A stretch of 64,000 bases of DNA from assembly GCF_006345805.1 (NCBI RefSeq), contig NC_043003.1, positions 30,380,001 to 30,444,000 on the forward strand. Reading direction: 5' to 3'. The notes under the pieces were generated by a model that was given only the letters and a program-made list of their open reading frames with translations, was not told where the DNA came from and made no database searches. This DNA is from Octopus sinensis (Eukaryota). The first letter of the stretch is position 1, and every line of letters starts with the position of its first letter. Below are positions 12,410-24,356 of the stretch, one piece after another. The translations under genes were made by a program, and so were the position numbers.

Positions 12410-14170
12410 AACAAAATTTGGCATTTGTGAAACCATTTGAACATCATGAAAGAAAAAAAAGCTAAAACGAAACATAAATCATAACTTATTAGCTACTCTT
12501 TACCATATGGGATAACTTCTGGTGTATGACATGGATCTGTTCTTGGATTTCTACTGTTGCTTATATTAATGACATAGATGTTAACTTGTGGAAAGTTACA
12601 GTGTTGAAACATGCAGATGACATCAAGCTGTATCTCAAAATAAAAAGAACAGATCATATGCACTATAGATCTTTCCTGCAATAAGACCTGGACACAATGC
12701 AGGAATGGATTTCTGACTGCCAAATCAAACTAGCTGTGGACAAGTGCATCACTATGCACTTTGAGAGGAAAAACCCAACCTTTACATACTCCCTCAAAAA
12801 CACCAATCTCAAGAGGTCTTCTAGTGAACATGATCTGGGTATTACAGTAGAACCTCGCAGTACACGTCCCATTGTATGAGTAATTTGGTTTGCAAGCCAA
12901 GAGACGTGTGAATTTTTGTCTTGAAGTATGAGCAGAAATCTGCAGTACGAGCACAAAAATAGTCCCATCTTTAAATTAATTCAGTTAATAAAACCAGTTT
13001 ACATATCTCTTTTTTTATAATTGTCATTTTACTTGTAACCACACCTTTTCTGTTTTAAAACCAATAAAAAAGTTATTTTTGGGGCTGGAGCAGATTAATT
13101 ATATTTAATTTCAATAGGGAAAATTGATTTGTAAGATGATTAAATCATAAGACGAGTTCAGTCATGGGACGAATTAAACTTGTACTGCGAAGTATCACTG
13201 TTTAGATGGTCATGGTCTCATGCTGCAAAACCATCTAATGATGACTCTGTTCAGAAGGCTGTAATATGTCATACAATAAAGGAACACTGTACAAAGAATT
13301 CAAAGAACAAAACTGCAACTTTAAATACCTTTACTTGAGGTCTCAAATATATACAAGTTGAATAATAATGGAAAGAGTTTGATGAACATGGCCTTCACTT
13401 GTAAAATCTGTGTATTACCTCATGTCTGCTAGTTGCTGCATGTGTATGAGAGGTAGCTAGGTTATATATTTACGCTCCAGCGTCTTGGATGCGAAATAGA
13501 AAGGGGTAAGTGTCTGAACCTTAGTGTTGCATGTAACCCCTAGTGGCTGGCTATCTAGGCAGCCGCTGTCAAGGGAGATAACTGCGCCTACAACTGTATT
13601 GTAAATAGTGACCTGCATTGCAAAACCATATTGCTAAGATTGTCAAGAAAGTTGAGCATGACTCGGTAAGACTTTTGTCAGCCACTCTCCAGCTATCTAT
13701 TTATGACTATATATGATAAGGATACATCCACACTTGGAATTTACTTCACCAATCTGGAAACCCTATCTTGCTCAGCATATAAATCTCTTGGCAACTGTTT
13801 AGAAACATGCAACAAAACGAATACCTGCCGTCAGGCATCTACCATATTCTGAACATCTTGCTTCCCTGGGCATGGACACATTAAATCTCAGACATCTGGC
13901 AACTGACATGGTAAACACCCACAAGATTATGCATCATGTTTCCAACAACAATCTTGGGCACCTTTTTGAATTCCATATGACAAACACTTGTGGACATGCT
14001 TACAAAATAAAAAAAACAATATTGCACCTATGGTTTTCGAAAACATTTTTCATGCTCAGAATTGCTTAAGTATGGAATAAACTACCCATGTCATTTGTTA
14101 GCTGTCAAATCACTATAGCCTTCAAAATTTCCATGCTTCCTGAAATCCACCAACAGTACATCTGATGGCT
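12410..14170 (+). mobile_element. CR1/L2-group LINE reverse transcriptase remnant, split by insertions at about 12845-13590
   Basis: ITSGV*HGSVLG (12511-12546), INDI, HADDIKL (YADD equivalent, 12610-12630), DLDTMQEWI..DKC..MHF..DLGI; resumes at about 13600 with HIAKIVKK, PHLEFTSPIWKPY, NTCGHAYKI and WNKLP. Confidence 0.85.
12845..13200. mobile_element. pogo/Tigger-like MITE inserted in the CR1 remnant
   Basis: TIRs CAGTAGAACCTCGCAGTAC (12845) and GTACTGCGAAGTATCACTG (ends 13200); TA immediately to the left. Confidence 0.7.
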
Positions 14171-15839
14171 TTTTTTTTTAAGGTTCTGTACCTGAGCACT
14201 GTATACAACAATTTATTTCATATGTCTGTAGCATAAGTGATTTACACTGTCATTGTGTGAAATATTTTCATTTTGTCTCATCTAGGCTTAAATACCTCAA
14301 TATCGGCTCCAAATTTGCCTTTTCGTTCCAATGGTCACATGACCTCATGTTTAAACAAACCTGTTATTAGCATTGGTTGGCTTCCAGCTGTCCACTCACA
14401 TTGGCATAACAGTTTATTTTTCCTTACGCAAAAAATTAATCACCAGCTTCTGGGAGCCCTCTATTCCCTATGAGTACAACAGTTCTCCACTGTTCTAGAT
14501 CTTTGGCACTTGCCACTGACCACAGGTACAACTCATCTCCAGCAACGATGTATCTGACACCAGCCAGGCTCCGTTTTCATCTTCACCAGATGCCTGTCAA
14601 CATCATTGCTGTATGAACATCACACAACCAACAAACCAAAGGCTGCCTTTACACACCACCAAACAGTACAGCCTAACCACAAAGTTCTCTCACACATCTT
14701 TGTAATAAGCTGTTATGTTATGTTAATCCATGTATGGCAATGATTGTATTATATAACGGAGAATAAAACATCACCAGTTTATTTTGTAGGCATAGTTACT
14801 TCTATTGACAATGGGTTTAAACAAGCTTGCAATAGATGGTGCAAGCAGTGGTGATATTTTGACACGTGGCCTTGCAAGTCCTCTTTTGGCATCTAGACGT
14901 CGTAGAGCAAGGACATGATCTAGTTGGCTCTCTAATGACACGCAGTGACTAGCTGACAGGAGGTAATGCACAGAAGAGGATCATGGTCTCCACGCATCAA
15001 GCTATTTCCATTTATCATTCAACTTATATGTATGTGTGTGAGGCCAACATTAAAGTTATTTAAAGTTACAGCCTTGTTCTATGTATTTCTTTGTACCATG
15101 TTCCTATCAAATGATATTACAGCCTTCTGAAGGAGTCAACCTTTAGATGATTCCACAACTCTGATTCATATACCATTTAAAATGGTGATCTTGACGTGGC
15201 ACACACCACAATTCCTTCTAAAATGGTGAAACCCGGACAAATGTCTGACCAATGGATACGTATTCCTTTTTCTCCTTCTCGACTTCATCTATGCAACCAG
15301 ACCACCATTCACCGTATAGGAACATACCACTAGTCTCTCTCATCACCATATTGTCTTCTTCACCAGAAAATTTTGGTGCCATTTTCAAGCAGGAAACTGC
15401 ACATCATTTTTCCTTGTGTTGTAACTGAATTTACAATTTAATCCTTCAAAGACACTGTCCCAGGAAAATTTTCTATTTGCATGTAAAAAGAAGGAAAAAA
15501 AATTATCTGGAATTTTCTTCAGAATTCACACGGACAAAAATTTTTCCTATGTGCTGGGTATGAGTTTCTTTTTCTCACAATGATCCAATTTTTGCCTTCA
15601 TAACATTCAGGAAAACAGGTATCTTTTAATGAAAGTTTATATAAACTTTTTAAACGACATAGATTACAATTAGAAGGAAATTTGTGGGGGAAAATTTTTT
15701 TCCGAGGGGGTGGGAAGAGAAGTTTTGGATCAAGAAGACCACATAAGTTGGAATTTCCCTGTTTTGATGAGGATTTTTCCAATTGTTTTTCACTACAGAC
15801 TTTGAAATGATGGGGAGCATCTTTTTATGAAAAAATGGT

Positions 15840-16200
15840 TCGGAAAATTTATGATTTTTTTACTCTCCTCCTCTCTTAATGATGATACCAATGGACCACA
15901 CGTGTGCTCCATTGATGGGATATAAGCATCAATAAAAAAAAATGGTAATTTAAATTTTTACCTCCCACCTTAATTAAGTGAGGCTGTGCATGTGTAAGAA
16001 AGATACATTTTTTAACAGAAAAGTATGCTATTAAAATGAAGTATCTTTTGTGGATCTAGTTTTTTTCATTTGCAAAATATGCATATCTACTTTTTTAAAT
16101 CAGTGGATAAATGACCTCAGGCTTTCCAATATTTTCAATCATAAAGAGAAACAATCAGAAGTGGGGTGGTGTGTAAAAAAAAATCATAAATTTTCAAATT
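15840..16200. mobile_element. Foldback/MITE-like element with inverted termini
   Basis: gaaaatttatgatttttttac (15843) versus gtgtaaaaaaaaatcataaattttc (about 16171-16196), with an inner inverted pair aaagatac...gtatcttt. The same terminus occurs at 7495-7530. Confidence 0.5.
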
Positions 16201-16689
16201 TTATTTTATTGCATAAAATGTAGTTATGGGGAGAAAAATATTGAAAAAACATCAATACATGCAACAGTGAGAAAGAACTGAGGAGGGTTGTCTTGGGGTG
16301 TGCTAGAAACAACAGCCAAATCTCCCTTAAATCACACTTTTTAATCTGAAAATATTTACAATTTTTAAAAAAATTTAATTCTGATGCTTAAGAGAAAATT
16401 TGGCTGTTGTTAGCAGTTTACTGTCCAAATGGGTCTTGTCTATGCTGTGATAATGAGGTCAAATAAGACTAAAACATGACCATTACTGTCTCCTTTAAGA
16501 AAAAAAATCAGATTTTCCCATAAGCATGAAATCTTTTTTACAAGTAACAATTTATTGAAGCACACAGGATATCCCACAGTGGAATAGTAGAGGTCTAGGT
16601 TACTAGAGGAGTTCTTACAGCAGTATTGCTGAAAGCTAGGTCACTAGCATACAAGTGTTCCCACTACAGAGCTGCTGAGAGCTAGGTTG

Positions 16690-19600
16690 CTAAGAACTGG
16701 ATCACTAGCCTGCAGTTTTTGTGGCTGGGCTTCTGAAAGCTAAGCCACCTGCATATAGGACTTCTCAGCCTGTCCTGATTGGGGCGATATATTGTACCAG
16801 AACACTGCTTCCAGCAACGAGATGTGCCCCCTCTCTGCCATGGCCTTGATCGTTCAATGATGTCTTTCCATGATCCCATTTCCACTCAGCCAGTATGCTG
16901 CTCTGAAGAAGCGGTGCACATTCCACTTATCAAGTGTCTCCGAAGAAAATGCAGTGCCATTGTCCATCAACAATTCATCCACAGGGCTCCGTTCCAGAAA
17001 TATCTCATTCAGGATACATGCAATCTCGGCTGCAGTACCTGTCTTCAGTTCCTTTTAAATGGCCATCCGACCCGGCCCACAGTCAACTATTGAGAGATAC
17101 ATCCCCTGCCAGAAGTGTGTCACATCCATTACCAATTGTCTCCAGTTGTGCTCTACTGAGATATTTCCCTGCTCATGCACACCCAGAGCAGGGTCAATGG
17201 ATTGATACCTATCACAATTCCCGACCAGCTTTTGGATGTTCTGCCTAGTGATGGTGGCGTCAACCCTCCTGGCAAGATACAGGATTCAATCCATGCCCAT
17301 ATAATGCATGGCATGCAGTCTCCTTAGCTACAACACACTGCAGCTATCCCCTGCTTCGAATCTTCAAGCTCCGCCAACCAGTCCTTTTACACCATGGTTA
17401 GAATGTCTGCCTTGTTCCTTTCTGAAGGCACAAAAACCACACTCATCTTCAAACCAAATTCAGCAGCCAGTTCTCCTAGAATCCCTAGGTGGTACTTTAC
17501 TAACATCTCTGCCACCCCTTTGGTTTGAACCCTCTTTTTATGATTACTGATCCTACCCAGCCAAAAACTGTAGCTGAATCAGTTTGGATTTCAATGGAGT
17601 ACATCCCCCATTTCAAGGTCAAATTCATCTTCAGCACTGCGTCCAACTCAGCCATGTTGATGTGGTTGCAATTGTCAGCTTTTCAACTTCTATTTCCATT
17701 ACAACCCTTATCGCTTTATTGCTAGCATTGCACTATAGAGTCCCATTCTCCAATTTGGGCATGTACCAGTTCCCCCTTACTGGGTCTTCTGCTCATCCTC
17801 TCTATGATCTCCTGCATTATTGCCACTGTCCCCTTTCCCAATTTGTCTCCCCAGTTTTTCCCTTATCTCTTGTAGCTGCACACTGCCTGCAGCTACCCTT
17901 TGATTAGGTAGTGTCCCAGGAGCCTCCCACACATTAAGAACAGTTCTCTCCTGCTGAGGCTGGTACCTAGTTCTGGGATCTCATTCCCCCTCTGGAACAC
18001 CAATGAGTCTGTTTTATCTCTTTGAAGCTTGAATCCCAGTGTGGCTCCTCCAACCATTGGCTCCAGTGGCTTTGCAGTCAGTTCAAACCTCTTGAGGTGA
18101 CCTACTACCTCTGTGGCAGATACTACGGTCTCGTCTACCAAGATGTCATCTATATACGAATTGGTGGCCCTTCTTATCCTGTCACCTTTCCCTGGATAGA
18201 CTTGAGCACTGTTTCTATGGCCTTTGACAGCATGGAATTTAGCCCAGAACCCAGCCCAGTCAGACAGTATATCTGGCCCTTATATCATACCAGCTGATAC
18301 TGTCACAGTTTCTTGTTCACATGGAGCTGCAAATATGCTGACTTCAAGTCGACAATCATCACTGCCCTTGCCATCTGTCTTCACTTGTGTAGCATCTCAC
18401 CACAGACATCAGTCACGTCACCACCTGTGTGGCATGATACATGGCCATTCATCTCCTGAAAGTCCAGTACTGGTCTGATTTTACCCTTTGTTGGCTGCAC
18501 CACCTCTTTTCATGGGATAAGGACACCCTCCTGAATTCACCTCTCTATCTCTCCTTCAAATTCACTCCTGGCATGTCCCTTCAAGGTATGCTAGTAGCAG
18601 CTCAGCCTGTTCTTCAGAATTGGGGGACTCCCCTTTCCAGCACCCTCCCCCCGAAAATCTTTGTCCTCAACAGTGTAAGCTGTACAGTTCCTTGTGGAGC
18701 TCTGCTCCCTCACATGTTGCACTCATGGTCCCCTGCACCACCAAACGAAACCATGTTTCCACCAACACTGACACCTCTAAAGTGGTTGATTGTATCCATT
18801 CCCATCACTACATCAATTCTGTCTACCACATTGTCAATCACAATCACCTGCAGCCTCAGTGTTGTGCCTTGCACCGCTATATCCACGTTACTGCCACCCT
18901 TATATCCAGTCTCATTGCCTTCGACTGCCTGAACACTTCTCGTCCCCTACTATTTTTTTGTCACTCTCGCAGTCATGAGAGATGTCATACAGCCTGTAAG
19001 TTCAAGGGCTTTCAACACCTTTCCCCCAACTGAGACTTCTACTACAGGCAGCGACTGCACGAATGCCTCTACTTGCTTGCGAGAGAAGTTTGAAAGGCAG
19101 CAACTTCCCTGTGACCGTTTTCCTGGCTGCAATTTTGAGTGATATGCCCAGTCTGCCTGCACTGGTAGTAAACAGGTCCGGGCTTTGTTTCCATGCAGCC
19201 CCTCACAATGTGCGGCCCTTGCCACTTAAAGCACCAGCCCATGAATGGTCACTGTTGCTCCATGGTAGTTTTCTTCTCCCCATTCATTACTCGTTGTTGT
19301 ATCACACTGTGGGCTTCCACAACGGCCATCACCACTTCCCTCTGCCAGGTATTTTGTGTTGACATGTGGATTTGAACGATAAGCTCGTTCACTGCCATTT
19401 TCTCACTGCCTGGCAGTTGTACCAATAGATCATTGGGAAAACCATTTACGAAGGCCACTCATGCCACCTTCCCTAAATCCTCTCTAGTGAAGTTGGACAG
19501 CATGGCCAGTCTCCAAACCTCCATGACATACTCATCAACATGTTCCTGTCTACCTGACTGTTCCCAGCTTAGCAAATGTGGCGTACATCCCCTCCGTATA

Positions 19601-19835
19601 ATCTTCCCTCAAGCACTGCTTGATCCTCACCATCCACAGTTGGTCTTCCTTGTCTACCTCAAGGTACAGCATCAGCACACTTGCCTCCAGGTACAGAGCC
19701 AAGAGACCTCCTACATTGTTGATGCCTTGTAGCCAGGCCACTACTTTGATCTTATGGATTCAGGCCACTACATCTCCTTTGCCATAGAACGGTCCAATAG
19801 CATTGCTGCTGATCCTTATCTTTGCTGTCATCACA
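16690..19835 (-). mobile_element. Ty3/Gypsy LTR retrotransposon internal region (gag-PR-RT-RH-IN), decayed
   Basis: Minus-strand translation in Gypsy order: gag, two CCHC-type knuckles (CFKWQGPHIVRGC, YQCRQTGHITQNC), protease (KALELTGC for ALVDTGC), RT YIDD at 18145-18156, RNase H (HINMAELDA, TDSATV, NKAD), integrase (HAMHYMG..CDRY, MDVTHF, LMDNG, GNGIMERHH). Many stops and frameshifts. Confidence 0.92.
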
Positions 19836-20130
19836 TAGTAGGGGATAATAACAATGAAATAGCTTGTTTTATGAGGGAAATAAGAAACAATTTGCCATCC
19901 AGCTCTACTCAATGCAAAACTTGCACCTAGTCTGCACACCTAGCGATCGCAGCTGCTAATACCCATCCCTGTCAGTTCACTTACCTCTGTTTGTCATGAG
20001 CACCCAAGGCAAAAGAGGATGACCCTCACTTCCTCCCTCACACTTCCTGTTCCACTCAAGCCCCTTGACCATTGACATCACAGTCCTTTCCTTCCGGCTC
20101 ATTTCATTCTCACATAAGCTGCACAGCATT
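19836..20130 (-). repeat. Putative 5' LTR of the Gypsy element
   Basis: Lies next to a PBS-like TGATGACAGC (19833-19824, compare TGGTGACAGC) and is more GC-rich than its flank. No matching second LTR was found near 16690. Confidence 0.4.
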
Positions 20131-20631
20131 ATCATTCATATTAGTTTATTCTTTATATTTAACCATTTTTAATACAATAAGGTGATATTTACGAAAAGGT
20201 TTACTACAGTTTCATGCATGCTGAGTGACCTCATAAAGGCTTCTTAACTGGGTTGTCATTCAGGATGGTCAATAGCAAAAACCTAAACTTTATCATAGTA
20301 TCTTCAAAAAAGAAAAAAAAAAGGATCTCCAGAACAAATAAAACAGTGCATGACACTAAAAGTCAGCAAATACTTGAGAATTTATAGATTTTAAAGTAAT
20401 ATGTCTTGGATGGATTAGATTTATAAAAAAAACAACTTTTAGAGTGGTAAAGCCTTCTTTATAATATATTATATTTATATTATTTGTTATTTATGTATTG
20501 GTTTATGTCTATCACTGTTTGAGTTGCCTAATAGTGGTTTTATCTCTAATTCATATTTTATATATTTATAATGTGGAATTTGATTTAATACTAAATTTAA
20601 TTTTTCCCTGTACGTTTGGAGCTATACTCCC

Positions 20632-20679
<48 letters not shown>

Positions 20680-20684
20680 TATAT
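20632..20684. repeat. (TAT)n(AT)n compound microsatellite
   Basis: Read directly from the sequence. Confidence 0.95.
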
Positions 20685-20687
20685 TAG

Positions 20688-20835
20688 TTGGCATTAGGAA
20701 GGGCATCCAGCCGTAGAAACACTGCCAAATCTGACTGGGCCTGATGAAACCTTCCGGCTTCACAGACCCCAGTTAAACCGTCCAACCCATGCTAGCATGG
20801 AAAGCGGACGCTAAATGATGATGATGGTGATGATG
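20688..20835 (+). mobile_element. SINE family B 3' part with (GAT)n tail
   Basis: ttggcattaggaagggcatccagccgtagaaac...ccaacccatgctagcatggaaagcggacgctaaatgatgatgatg; an inverse-orientation relative of 770-1065. Confidence 0.75.
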
Positions 20836-22174
20836 ATTACTTTTTCTTAAGAATATACATGTTTTTATGATATACACAAAAGGTTATTTCTATACGAGAG
20901 GCTCTTTATTATCTTTATAAACTATCTTTCGAATTTATTTCGAAGTAGATAATTTTCTTAAAGCTTCACTTATTCGTTTCGGTAATTCAGAGAAGCCTTG
21001 TATTTTTTGCAAACCCCATTGTCGTTGGTCCCAATTTTAATAACACCGTTTTCTTCCTCTTATCCCACGTTTCCTTATGTAAGCATTATTTATATATATT
21101 TTTACATATTTCTTGTCTCGAAAATTTCTCTTTTAAATTTATAATTCTACTTCATCTGCACAATTCCTTCTCCTTACAAAAACCTGTTTTCTTTCGTCTT
21201 TATTTTTGCTTGTTTTCGTTTTCTCTGATTTTTCTCTTCATTTAAACTTCAGTTAATATTGTTTTCAGGGAGTTACGGCATTCGTTCGATATAGATATTT
21301 TGAGTATATCTTTGTTCTATTTCTTTAACCATGTTTTTTTACTCTTGTTTTTATTCTGTAGTCCTCTCGAGGACTGATAGACAAGAGTGTAGACTTTAAA
21401 TGTTTTACGAAATAGCGGCTAGACCCTACTTATTCTCATTACGTGTGATCTGCCTCAAGTAAACCTAATCGGTTAATGTTTACATCTTCGGATGACACTT
21501 TGTTGTACAAACACCGTAAATATGAACAGTGATTCCTGTTTCCTATAGCGAAACCCATCAGTCTTAGAATCTTGGACGACTTTGTGGCAGATGCAATTCA
21601 ATACCCCCAACGCGTTGTAAAGTTTCTTGGTTTTATAATACAAACTTCCTTTTAAAGTGATCTAAATTTAAACCTTCTATCAAACTTTCGTTTTAATATA
21701 TGTTACAAACATCAGCTTAATACTGACAGTTATTTTACTAAATTCTTCATTATTTTAAAAATTAATCGAAACAGTGGCAGTGTATTTCAAGAGACATTTG
21801 GTAAGGAGAGTTAATAGAATTTTAAACAGCATAAATCCCAATGAAGTATTTGAATAAAGAAAGTCAGGCATTTACTATGTAAAAGGTAACTATGAGGATA
21901 ATAGTAGTGATAATGATTGTCTAAATATCTCCTTTCAAATGACCGGCTCTTAAGTCATGTGATGAGAGTACTGGAAGAAGACATTCGGACGGAACCAAAG
22001 TCTTGTAGACAAGAATTATATTGTTAAATAACATTTTATATTCTTTGTTGGTCATCAATGTAGGTTACTAATATGTTGGTACTTCTTTCCTATGTTATCT
22101 TTGTAATAACATAACTACAATAGTTTTCAAAATTGTTGAATGTTTGAGAAAAGAAAGGAATTGTACTTGTGTCC

Positions 22175-22610
22175 TCATCATCATCATTTAACGTTCGTTT
22201 TCCATTCTGGCATGGGTTAAACGGTTTAACTAGAGATGGTAAGCTAGAGAGCTGCGCCTGGTTTCAGTCTGTTTGGCTTGCTTTCAACAGCTGGATGCCC
22301 TTTTCAGCACCAACCACTCTACAGTGCATTGGGTGTCTTTCCTGTGTCACCAGCACAGGTGCCTATTTACATGTCACTGGCACTGGTCATGACCACGATT
22401 TCACTTCGCTTGAAGTGTGTTCTCAAGTGCAGCAAATTGCCAGAAGCCTATGCTACTTGTCATTGCCTCTGTGAAACTCAACAATCAAAGATCATATTTC
22501 ACCACTTCATCCCATGTTTTCTTGGATCTACCTCTCCGGCAGGCTCCCTCCACAATTATAGATTGGCACTTCTTTCTCCAGCTATCTTTGTCCATACACC
22601 TTACACAGCT
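22175..22610 (-). mobile_element. SINE B / RTE-LINE 3' end in the putative ZNF2 5'-UTR intron
   Basis: The family B tail continues into sequence resembling the RTE C-terminal coding region also seen at 32640-32800. Confidence 0.65.
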
Positions 22611-22749
22611 GTCTGAAAACTACAATGGAGTTGGCAGTTGTCTTATCTCTGGAAATATGTTCTGATTCTTTTTATTATAATTTTCAGTATGTATGATCAA
22701 ATATTTTTTCCAATAAAACTCATGTTAACACTTCATTGTCCTTTATGTC

Positions 22750-22794
22750 TTATATTGTCTTTTTATTTCAGGTTATCTGATGGTATTAAGGTAA
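22750..22794 (+). promoter_or_regulatory. Conserved splice acceptor (ttttatttcag|gttatct; exon starts 22772) and 4-codon uORF MVLR* (22780-22794)
   Basis: Homologous acceptor plus uORF at 41200/41209-41223 (MTLR*) and 50930/50942-50956 (MTLN*). Confidence 0.65.
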
Positions 22795-23378
22795 AATGTT
22801 TTCACTAAAGATGATCAACATATAAAGTTCTGAAGATTAAAATTAACTTCATTAAGCTATGTCAGCCTGTTAATACATTTTCCTTGGAATTGAGATTATT
22901 TACTGTAATACCAAAACCAACAACAGATGGAAGGCTGTAGTAACAGTATCAACAGCATATGCATGACTGCAGCTCTTTTGTTACAACTACTGCTACAGTA
23001 AAAGATTAATTAGACTGAAGATATAAGGACTAAAAACTTCATCAAGCTGCTGTCAGCCTGTTTCTGAAACTCTTAGTTGAATGGATGTGAACTATTTCCT
23101 TGGAATTGAGATTGTTTGCAAAAATTCCTACATAAATGTTTACAGGGAAATTTTCTTTATAAATTAATTTAGAAAGCTATACTGTGAACTTTTAATAATT
23201 TTATACTTTAAGAATTTCATATCTGGATATACCTTGTTAATTGGAATGACTTTGATATTTTAGTTGTTGGCTGTCACATGATAAACTAATAAATCCCTTT
23301 GAAGTATTTTTTTTAACAGTTAAGTCATCAGACTTTACAAAGAATATCACACAGAAAATTAGATAAAAAGTAAAAGTT

Positions 23379-24356
23379 ATGGATGAAAAAGCAGAACCCA
23401 AAAATATTGATTCATCAGAAGAGAAATTACATTCTTGTGATATATGCAAGAAGTTATTCACAACAAAAAAGAATTTAATTCAGCATAAATTAATTCATTC
23501 ATTCTCTAATTTTTATCAGTGTGAAGTTTGTGGCAAAAGGTTCACTGCAAACAATTTATTTTCTCTCCATAAATGTAGTCATTCAGGAAAAAAACTGCAC
23601 CACTGTGATATCTGTGACAAAAATTTTTCTTCAAGTGGCAGTTTATCTACCCACAAGCGTATCCACACAGGGGAGAAACCATACCACTGTGATATCTGTG
23701 GTAAAAGATTCTCTCAGAAAGGTAGTTTATTTACCCACAAGCGTATCCACACAGGGGAGAAACCATATCTTTGTGTAGTTTGTAACAAAGCCTTCTCTGA
23801 TAGTCGTAGTTTATTTATACACAAACGTATTCACACTGGAGAAAAACCATATCACTGTGATATCTGTGATAAATCATTTTCTACAAAGGGTCATTTAACT
23901 TGTCACATACGTATTCACTCGGGAGAGAAACCATACCACTGTGATATCTGTGGTAAAATGTTTTCTGGAAGTGGTGACTTGTCTTCCCACAAACGTATTC
24001 ACACAGGGGAAAGACCCTATCACTGTGACCTGTGTGGTGAAACATTTTCTAGAAATCATAATTTAACTTATCACAAACGTATCCACACTGGGGAGAAACC
24101 ATACCAATGTGATATATGTAATGAAGCATTTTCTACAAGGAGTCATTTGTCTTGCCACATACGTATTCATACAGGAGAAAGACCTTATCACTGTGAAATC
24201 TGTGGCAAGACTTTCTCTCAAAGTGCTCATTTGTATCGACACAAACGTATTCACACTGGTGAAAGACCATACCAGTGTGATATCTGTAATGAAAAATTTT
24301 CCAGAAGTGATCATTTAACTCAGCATAAACGTATCCACACAGGAGAGAAATCATAG
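23379..24356 (+). CDS. Poly-C2H2 zinc-finger protein ZNF2, 325 aa, 11 fingers
   Basis: Intact ORF with TGEKPY/TGERPY linkers; start context aaagttATGGAT; ends HTGEKS-TAG. Confidence 0.93.
   Translation: MDEKAEPKNIDSSEEKLHSCDICKKLFTTKKNLIQHKLIHSFSNFYQCEVCGKRFTANNLFSLHKCSHSGKKLHHCDICDKNFSSSGSLSTHKRIHTGEKPYHCDICGKRFSQKGSLFTHKRIHTGEKPYLCVVCNKAFSDSRSLFIHKRIHTGEKPYHCDICDKSFSTKGHLTCHIRIHSGEKPYHCDICGKMFSGSGDLSSHKRIHTGERPYHCDLCGETFSRNHNLTYHKRIHTGEKPYQCDICNEAFSTRSHLSCHIRIHTGERPYHCEICGKTFSQSAHLYRHKRIHTGERPYQCDICNEKFSRSDHLTQHKRIHTGEKS

Noticed and set aside
14480-15000. Possible 3' LTR of the Gypsy element
   Set aside because: No visible similarity to 19836-20130, no clear TG..CA boundaries or TSD, and it is separated from the internal region by unrelated sequence.
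16779-19732. Many 60-163-aa plus-strand ORFs
   Set aside because: Antisense shadows of the GC-richer Gypsy coding region; the recognisable motifs are on the minus strand.
20498-20763. ORFs with poly-Ile or Ile-Tyr tracts (also 47702-47893)
   Set aside because: Translations of (ATT)n, (TA)n and (AAT)n microsatellites.
20688-22320. Inverted SINE B pair (20688-20835 plus, 22175-22320 minus) as an intramolecular dsRNA editing substrate for ZNF2
   Set aside because: The copies are diverged and the left one probably lies upstream of the ZNF2 start site, so both are unlikely to be in one transcript.
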